Below, in pieces: positions 12,457 to 21,200 of a stretch of DNA of 64,000 bases. The notes under the pieces are model-generated. The model had not been told where the DNA came from, ran no database searches, and worked only from the letters and a program-made list of their open reading frames with translations. Origin of the DNA: Strigamia acuminata (taxonomy: Eukaryota). Position numbers and translations under genes: made by a program. The first letter of the stretch is position 1. Each line of letters opens with the position of its first letter. The stretch spans positions 2,232,001 through 2,296,000 of the forward strand of contig OX442314.1 of NCBI GenBank assembly GCA_949358305.1, read 5' to 3'.

Positions 12457-12604
12457 CCCTCGGAGGCATTTGGGTAAAATGTGCCGTTCTGGTACAACCC
12501 GTACCCATGTGTATTGGGCCGCTTGTATTTTTTGATGTTGCAAAAAAGAAAATCGTAAATTTCGAACTCAAAAAAAAGTTTTTAATCAAAATAAATAAAT
12601 GCAC
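12457..12604 (+). mobile_element. Possible piggyBac-like element end, interrupted by the Gypsy insertion
   Basis: TTAA|CCCT terminus. Subterminal GTGTATTGGGCC recurs at 12510 and, across the Gypsy, at 26713. Confidence 0.4.
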
Positions 12605-13276
12605 TGTTACGAATCAACTTAGATGTTTAATTGATTTGATCTGAATTTACGCGCAAGGTGATGTTAGCGCAAATCAGCGGGCAAAGTTCGTAGATTTACT
12701 CTGTTTGTGCCATCGTCATATGCGGATATCGGACGGTGAATAAACCTAACTCGCTGTAACACACATTATTTATATTCGACGGGCTCAATCTCACGTTGTG
12801 GGTCTTTACGTTTAAAAAGAATGAGTATGCGCAGTGATATTCGTATGCGGGTGGGCATAGGATGTCACAGGCATGCGAAGGGATAAAAGGTGGGCAAAAA
12901 GAGGCGCTATTAAGTGTTAAATTAGAAGAGGCGCGTGTTAAAGCGCAAAATAAAGATTGACAAACTCAATTCAATCTAAGAGGTGTTAACTCGTTGAAAG
13001 AGGTATGAGAAGTGTGGATTATGGATAAAAGTAGCGACCAGGTAAACATGAGTCATGTGACCAGGTCGATTGGAGTGGGTGAGGGGGTGGAAGGTATAAA
13101 ATAAGGTTAATTGTTGGAAATAATAAGATGCGCGCAATGAGGCTGCGCATATATTTAGAGATGATTCATCAATGTTAGATGAAAAGAAAGATTGGGAAAA
13201 AATAAGAAAACTTAAGATTGGGTCAGTCTAAGTTAGAAATGAATAAAAAAGAAGGGTGGGTAACCTGCCCGTGACA
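12605..13276 (-). repeat. 3' LTR of Gypsy element
   Basis: Direct repeat of 25937-26608; preceded on the minus strand by the PPT. Confidence 0.97.
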
Positions 13277-13290
13277 TCCCTCCCCCCTTA
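13277..13290 (-). promoter_or_regulatory. Polypurine tract
   Basis: Minus strand TAAGGGGGGAGGGA abuts the 3' LTR. Confidence 0.9.
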
Positions 13291-15174
13291 GGCTTTTATT
13301 ATTCGAGATTTATCGAAGAGAATAAAAGGATAAGAGACAAGGAAAGTCATACAATAATAATGCGCTATGCGCAAAAACTATACAAATTCTCAAAAAATAA
13401 ATTAAATAAATTAAACAACAAAAAAGAATGATGCGCGCCTGCGCAAAGACTTAACAACTTTGTCAAAAATAATGCACGTGGTGCAAAAACTTAACAACTT
13501 TGTCAAAATAATAAACAAAAGTTAAACAATACCAAATTAAATATCAAAAATCAATTAGATTATTAGAGACAGAGAATTAATAAATCACCATGGCTTTTGA
13601 AAATAAATTTAAACTAAGATTTTTGTAAAGTCACAATGGTAAATTTTAAATCATTCTACTCGAAATCACAAGACGAACAGGGACGACACAAGGAGGGCGA
13701 ACACTAAACCTAAAGGGGCCGACGATACCTAGGACGGACGAGAGTCTATACACTTTACCCAAACAATTTATAAAATAAAAATTTTAAACACTTTTACTTT
13801 TTTGTATAAACAAACTTCTGCTTTCTGTATAAAAATCATCGAATAAACAATTTTAAATTAAACAAAAATAAAGAGCCGACACATGAGAATTATCAAGAAT
13901 CAGGTTGGGATTTATTAATATCAAATTGGGTATTTATGTTATGGTAGGATGCGCGTAATTGCGCAAAACAAATACAAAATAAAGGTAAGGTACAAAATTA
14001 TGCAACCTGCATAAGGTAAGTATGATTTCAGATTAATTAGGAACTTTTAAATGGATGCGCGAACTTTGCGCAAGGATAATTTAGGTTATTAATTCTATGA
14101 ATGAAATGGAAAATAGAAACATATAAAATATTATAAAACATAACAAATACCCGCGCGCACAATACTACTCGTATTGCCACGGAATTAAATATGTTGATCA
14201 GAAGATATCACAAAATTAAATGAAGGGTCAAAAAAGTATCACAATAATCTTGATTAAATGCTAAATAATTAAAGAAAAATATTCATTAAATAAATTTAAA
14301 CATTGAATACTAACTTGGATCATTCCAGAATAATTGCGCTAAAATAAAGGTTAACTGAAATCAAATGAAATTAAATTCAAAATTAAATAGAATTAAATTC
14401 CTAATCTTTAGGACGATTGTTATAATTAAATGAAGGTAATTCTGGAATGATTATAGCACAAAAAAAATATCAAAATCATTAAACTAGAATAAATATTTCA
14501 ATAATATGACTAGAAAATTATCGAAATCATAATTGCACTTAAATAAAATATAATTGTAGTACTAAAAATCTAATTGTCCGATTCTAAAGCACTAAAAACG
14601 TAAAAATAATTAAATAAAATATAAATTATCAGTGAGGATTATCACAATAGAAAACTTGCGCAAAAATAATAACATTTATGATGAAACACTAATAATAATT
14701 ATTTGTTCTTCAAATCGACACATTACCGCTGCCCAAGCTCGTTCCATCAAGTCCTCCAACTCGAGAGATGTTTTACGGAGCGCCTCATCAATGGAATCGC
14801 ATGGCGGAACGGAAAAATGATGAAGATTTAAAGATGATAAAGTTTTGTGGATACCATGTAGATATTGGAATGCAGGCCGGCCCAAACTCAACGCACAAAT
14901 GCGGAGATGTTTTATTAGGGCATTTACCAGAGATCCACGATCTGGCGGCGCATTTTGGACACAATTAGAGATGAAAATATGATGAAAACACAAAATAATG
15001 ATGAATGGTAGGTTGAAGTGCGCACAAAGTCTTCGCAAATCACCAGGATCCTCGTATCAAGTCCTTCAACTCAACGCCGAAGCGGAGGAATTTTACGAAA
15101 CGCCCATTGATGTGATCTCCTGACTTCAATTTGCAAAAAACTTGCGCACACAAAGTCACGTTTAGGATTGTTGT

Positions 15175-17448
15175 TCACTCGAATTCCAAGGTTTGACGAT
15201 GTTGAGGATCTCGGAAATAGATTAGCATATTAAATGCCACTTCTACCACAACACGTCGCGCATCTTGGAATGAACGTGCGCCCTGCCGATTTATCTCGAA
15301 AAGACAGTGAGCCAAAAAATATTCTCCATACCTCCGGTAGAGAAGATGCAACAATGGATCAGCCTCCGAACGAAGCATATGCAAGTCCGCAATGGCTAAA
15401 GATCGGAGAAGCTGTCGCTGAGCCCGAATCGACATATCAAATTGGAGACATCCTCGTTCTCCCTCAGCAAAGTTACAACGAATCGTGGTGGGAGGCATCA
15501 AGCTTGGAAGAAGTTCCAAAGTTATGAATGGTTGGGTTGCATCCCACTCACCTCGTCTTGTGCGTGGGGCAGGAGGCAGGAACACGTATCGATAAACAGT
15601 CGAACACCGTATTTCGCGCAATTCGGTTAAACGGGTCCGCTCTCGATTTCGTCTGAATTCCTCCTCACTAGCCTCCTCCACGGCTCGTCTATCTGCCCAA
15701 TGTCGCTCGCCGAGTCGTTCTATCTCCATCTCATATCTTCGCATATATTCCAGATTTCGTCGCTCGTCGCCTCCCCTTCTATCTACGTGATGTCGGTCGG
15801 CGAGTTGTTTCCTCTCCATTTCATACCTTCTTCGGTATTCCGGATTTTGTCGTTCGTCGCCTCCCTCACGTTGCTCACGTCGCCTTAGAACCTGGTGAAG
15901 CACTTGGGAGACCTCCTCATGCATTACCCATATTAATAACTCCAGCGCATTTACGCGGTCGTAAAGGTCACATTGACTCAAGCGATGCTGAATCTGGTTG
16001 GACATGGTACGTATGCGTAGAAGCATTTCGTTAAATACTTCTTGAAAATCGGCTTGTAGGATATTAAAATCACGGTCCATCATAAAATTTATCAAAGTTA
16101 TCCAACCTCGACGCTCCATATAGAATCTGGATGGTGAGGAATGCACATCTTGCGCATATACATTTACCTCATATCGGTTCAATAATTCGTAAATAACTTC
16201 AAACGTATGCACCGGTTTTGTGCTAATTCCAGACCTGTCTGTGAATAAATCACAATGAGTAGCTGACGTAGTTGTTGATGTACCATCGCCCAGCTGGGGT
16301 TGCGCTGATTCTAAATGCGACCCTGTCAAGTATAGTCGATCAGAAATAGTTACTGTGCTGTTAGGGGGTATAGTTGCGCTGGTGTTTCCCGGGGGTGCAT
16401 TTGGTACAACTCGAAAATGAGATATAAGGACAGGAATTTTGGATTTTTGCGAAGTCTCACGAGGTACAATCTTTACTGTTGCTCGCCTACTCAGTTCACC
16501 TGAGACTGGTCTTCTGGTTGGGGATTGTGGCAAATTGACTGTACGCGGATCCCTTGCTTTCTTCTCAGGTCCTTGCGCATTTATAACTTGATCAGGAGGT
16601 GTCTCGATGATTACCTCATTGATTGATCCTAATAATGGCGGAGTAGTACTCAACTCGGATCCACAGTCTCGCACTGGCGGCGTGCTGGCCCGTTCCCGCT
16701 CAATCTCCTCGTTTTCCTGTTCTATCCTTCCGTCTGATACTGCACTGTCGCATTCACAACATAAATTCAAAGTCAAATCCGGGGATGCAGGTGTCAGGCT
16801 AGGTTGCGCTTCAAACCGCGACGAGGCGCTTGCAAATAACGCATCATCGTCACCACTGCTCCAGCTATCATCAGATTCGACTGGCAAATCCGACAAATGC
16901 GCAACAGCCCGCGCAATAGCCTCTTGAACCTGGTGTACATTACCATCGAGGGTTTCCTGAAGAGATGAAATAACTTCTCGTCCCATTATTGCACGCGTCG
17001 ACGACTGCTCACGATGTAATGGGTCCTCAGCCGGTGAATCAAGAAGTTGGGCGATGTTGGTACCAGGGTAAATCCATTGTCGAAGATTAATATGACTTGT
17101 CTGCGCCAATCGTCGCGCACGCTGCCAATACCAGCGGTGTACCGTCTCAAATCGCAGAATTGAAGCCGGACTTCCGTTGAGCGACCTAAACGGCGGAAAT
17201 GTAACGCCGCCAATATTTATGTTGTCTTGCCTGCGTCGACGTAACACCCATCCAAAAATCTGTCTCATCCAAACCGCGAATAAATCCCTCGGCAAGTCGC
17301 CATTCCCGTTGCACGCTCGACAGGTGAGAGCGGCTCGCGGCGGGTCCTCCTCCATACCATGGCCTGAGCAGACCGGGCATATCTCGTGGCTCGGAAAACC
17401 CGTACCGAATGCTTCTACAAAAGGTTCCTCGTCCCGATTGGAAGCCAT
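15175..17448 (-). CDS. Accessory ORF3 of the Gypsy element, unknown function (probable start MASNRDEE at 17448; frame open from 17517)
   Basis: Long uninterrupted ORF inside the LTRs on the pol strand. Contains CPVCSGHG/CRACNGNG; no signal peptide or transmembrane segment seen. Confidence 0.85.
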   Translation of the reverse strand: MASNRDEEPFVEAFGTGFPSHEICPVCSGHGMEEDPPRAALTCRACNGNGDLPRDLFAVWMRQIFGWVLRRRRQDNINIGGVTFPPFRSLNGSPASILRFETVHRWYWQRARRLAQTSHINLRQWIYPGTNIAQLLDSPAEDPLHREQSSTRAIMGREVISSLQETLDGNVHQVQEAIARAVAHLSDLPVESDDSWSSGDDDALFASASSRFEAQPSLTPASPDLTLNLCCECDSAVSDGRIEQENEEIERERASTPPVRDCGSELSTTPPLLGSINEVIIETPPDQVINAQGPEKKARDPRTVNLPQSPTRRPVSGELSRRATVKIVPRETSQKSKIPVLISHFRVVPNAPPGNTSATIPPNSTVTISDRLYLTGSHLESAQPQLGDGTSTTTSATHCDLFTDRSGISTKPVHTFEVIYELLNRYEVNVYAQDVHSSPSRFYMERRGWITLINFMMDRDFNILQADFQEVFNEMLLRIRTMSNQIQHRLSQCDLYDRVNALELLIWVMHEEVSQVLHQVLRRREQREGGDERQNPEYRRRYEMERKQLADRHHVDRRGGDERRNLEYMRRYEMEIERLGERHWADRRAVEEASEEEFRRNRERTRLTELREIRCSTVYRYVFLPPAPRTRRGEWDATQPFITLELLPSLMPPTTIRCNFAEGERGCLQFDMSIRAQRQLLRSLAIADLHMLRSEADPLLHLLYRRYGEYFLAHCLFEINRQGARSFQDARRVVVEVAFNMLIYFRDPQHRQTLEFE

Positions 17449-18258
17449 GTTGGTTTCAATATTCGTTGGGAATATAATGCGCCTAAGTTGGTGGAGGTAA
17501 TGCTTATATAAATACACAGAACAAATAATACGTTTGACAAACGATACTCACAATTACGACGCGCAACAACACGAACGCGCACAGAACGAAACAAACAACG
17601 AAGACTAAAGAATATTCCCCGGAATGTAACGAGTCATAAAACTTTGCTTCGAGAAGCTTCGATGAACGATTGAAAACTCGCACATGTAATAAAGTCGGGT
17701 TCGAGGTTAAACACTAACTAATTGCAATTGAAGGGCGACATTCAGTGTTGGAATTCGGAAGTTAGCGAAGGTTGTCTTCGCTCAAAACTCTTGTTTTAAA
17801 GTGATTAAATAAGGATGGTGAGATAAACAAGTAATAATTCAGAACACAGAATATTAATTTAAATAAAGTGCGCATAAATTATATTGATTGAATAATTTAA
17901 ATGAATTGTGGAAATAGCCACGTGCTATTGTTTAGAGGTTAATTGGCATTGCGCACTCTGGTGACGGACATAGTCCCTGATTGAAATGGACTTAGCCATT
18001 TTCGAGTGACCGAATATGAACATAAAATACATAACACAAAACATTAAATATAAAATATAAAGAAAACATAAAATAACATAAAACATAAAAATTTAGGATG
18101 AATAAATTTAAAATAAAGGGAAAAATAGTTTTTAAACAAAATAGGTAGTAAAGATAGATTTACACCGGATTACACTTGGTTTTTTTTTTTTTTTTTTTTG
18201 TTGTTTCGTTTGTGTTTTCCCTTTTTTTTTTTTATTTAGCTTAAAAAATAGAAGAAAA

Positions 18259-21200
18259 TTACTTAAATGAAAGAAAATAGGCAGAAAAAATATCTAAAGT
18301 GTTGACAGCAAAAATTTCAACATGTTTATCAATAATTTCAACGTCTTTTAAAGTTAAAAAGTTGGCCTCGGCAAAAAACCAATGTCGCAATTCCACGACA
18401 TTATAAGGCTGGGTTTTTTGGCCGTTTTCATCCATTAGGATTACTGTATTGGGGCCCACCAATCTGTGTATAATATATACACCTTCAGTCCGTTGGCGTA
18501 AACCTGCTGCGAATTGTTTATCGGCAGATGAAGGTTGCCGATTGCGCAAAGTTACCCAGTCGCCAGGACGGAAGTCATGGGGGCGCCGTTTTAAATCGAA
18601 CCATTTTTTGTGTCGAATTTGGGACTCGCGCAAGTTGTTAATCGCGCTTTCTCGCATTCTACGCATATGTTCGTGCAAGTTTTCAGCTTCCACGGGCGGC
18701 AACGGTTCTCCGTCATCCGTGTCGCTATCCAGGTCGCCCGGAAATCGAGCTTCCTGGCCTGTTACCATTTTAAAGGGTGAATACTTTAAAGAAATTTGAT
18801 ACGCTGAATTAATCGCGAGCACGAAATAGCCAATGTTGACGTCCCATCTAGTATGGTCATCATCAATATATGCTAATATACAGTTCTTTAATGATTGGTT
18901 AAGCCTTTCCGCAATATTACCTTGCGGGTGGTATGCGGCGGTATATCTATTTATTGCGCCAAGTTGCTGGATTTGGCTACGAAATTCTGGTGAGCGAAAA
19001 GCAGGCGCATTATCGCTGATAATTATTTTGGGAAAACCCCATCTTTTGCAGAATTTCTGAATTTGTTTCACCGTAGTGGCTATATTTGAGTTTTCGGTTA
19101 GACGTACGTCTAACCATCGGCTAGCAGAGTCGACCATCACAAAGGCATAGCAATGTCCCTCTGTGGATCGAGGTTTCTTGCCGTAATAGTCGATGTAGAT
19201 AGCGGAGAAAAGACGGCGCGATCTGGACATTATCATTTTTCCATATGGGAGCCTGTTAAGGGGTTTAGCTCTTTGACACGCTTCGCAAACCTGTATCCAT
19301 GTTCGAATATCTTCGCGCATTTTTGGCCAAAATACGCGCGATTTAATGCGATGGAGTGTTCGTTCTTGCCCCATATGTCCAACTACGGGAGGATAGTGCA
19401 TTGCGCGGAAATATCTTTCTCTGAGTTCAAATGGGAGATATATTTGGCGCCTCTTTCTAATTTCATTAATATGGACAGGAGGGAAGCGACATAACATCTC
19501 TTTATACATGCCGAAATCTTGCGCGTCAGCCACAATTTTGGCAGCCTCATCTGGATCAAGTGGTAACATTTGGGCAGTTAAATAAAATATCAACTCACGC
19601 GACCAGGGATCCTGTCTTTGCGCCGCAATGATTTCAGCAGCAGTAGGCAACAGCTCGAACGGAGGATGTTCGATTGGTGGATCGTGCTCCAATTCGGCTT
19701 GCTTCTCTGCTTCAGTCCTCGAATCTTCAATTACTGTCCTTTCCCGTCGCGGACGCAATCTCGATGGAGTTCTTCGCGCTGATGTTGGGGGCGCATAATA
19801 ATTCCTCGTTGGTGGCGACATGTCACGAATGGGTCCAAAACTGTCTTCAGATGATGTAGAGTCAGAATCCGGGTCCGAAGTATATCCCTCTGGCCTCTGC
19901 TGTCCTGATGGTCCCGCCGCATCGTCATACATCACTGGTTCAGAATGTTGACGCGGAGAAATAATAGGAAAATCAGTGATAGGAATTGAAGGAGTTGGGG
20001 AAGGAGTTGGTAAATTTGGAATTTCAGGAGAAGGTTTAGTAGTAGGCCTTCGGTGGCTATCAGGTTGAATTATTGGTGCGGGGACTCCAGTGATTCGACG
20101 GAAATTTCGTCGTATTTTATCCACCAAAGTTCCAGGTGTCGGCAATTGTGATGGTGCCGAAGCAGTCTTTTTTCTAAAACTAGACGGATTTATTGGCGCA
20201 GGAATTCTGGTTGGAATAATTGCCGAAGGAGGAATGGAACTAGGAATAGGAGTGGATATTGGAGTTGCAGGAGGGGTAGGAATAGGTAAGGGTGGTGGAA
20301 TTAAAACTGATTTAGATTTGGGTTTCACCACATGGGAAGGAATAGCGGATTTACGTCGCACTGCCTTCAACTTTCCTACTTGCTGTGATTTCAATAACTT
20401 TGGAAATGTCCACTTTTTAATAGTTCCCGCATACCTGGGTGGTAGCCATGGTGGTGTTTTAGGAATCAAAGATGGATCCTTTAATCTAGCCCGAGTTCGT
20501 GTGGCTATTGCTCGTTTAGCATGAGGAGATAAAATTGGTACAATATCAATTTTACGTGGTCTTCCTCGTTTCTTTATCAGAATTGGGATTAAAGAGCGCT
20601 GTCGGCGGGTTCGTAAAGGCACTGAAACACGAACTGGTGATAAATTAGGAGTTTTTACTTGTGAGGTTGGTTGCGCAACTGGAACTGATGCAACCGGAGG
20701 GATTGTAACCGGCGGTGCCCTCGTTGGAGGAGTAGCTACGCCAGTAGAAGATGGAATTTGCGCACCTGAAGTCGGCGCATTTCCAGTCACTTTCTCTTTA
20801 CCAGTAGGTCGAGGAATAAGAGATTTTTTCTTATTTTTCTTCTTAGTCGGTAAAGAAGCTGCAATGAGAGGCACTTTTTTGAATTTAGATTTAAATAACT
20901 TTCGAAACTGCAAATTAATGTCTTTTGGCAATTCCTTGATGATATTGAGTGCCGGCCACTCGTTGCAATCATCAAAATAGGCAAGGTAGCACGCCTCGTC
21001 GACCTCCGGGCTATCATCCTCATCGTCGACTTCAGGTGGGTCGACAGGAGCTCGACTCAGTGCATCCGCTACCTTATTTTTGCATCCTGAACAGTGCAAA
21101 AATGTGAATTTATAATCACTCAACGATAATACCCAACGGGCCAAACGTCCAGTTGGTTCCCTTTGCTGAAATAACCACTTAAGAGATTGATGGTCGCTCT

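Noticed and set aside
14740..14800. SECIS element or hammerhead ribozyme
   Set aside because: ATGA-N10-AA..GA spacing fits, but helix II does not pair and the other copies lack ATGA; no CUGAUGA/GAAA core.
14676..15038. Fourth Gypsy ORF (120 aa)
   Set aside because: Non-ATG start and it overlaps repeated RNA-structure motifs whose indels differ in length; probably non-coding.
15175..17517. env gene
   Set aside because: No signal peptide, fusion peptide or transmembrane anchor visible.
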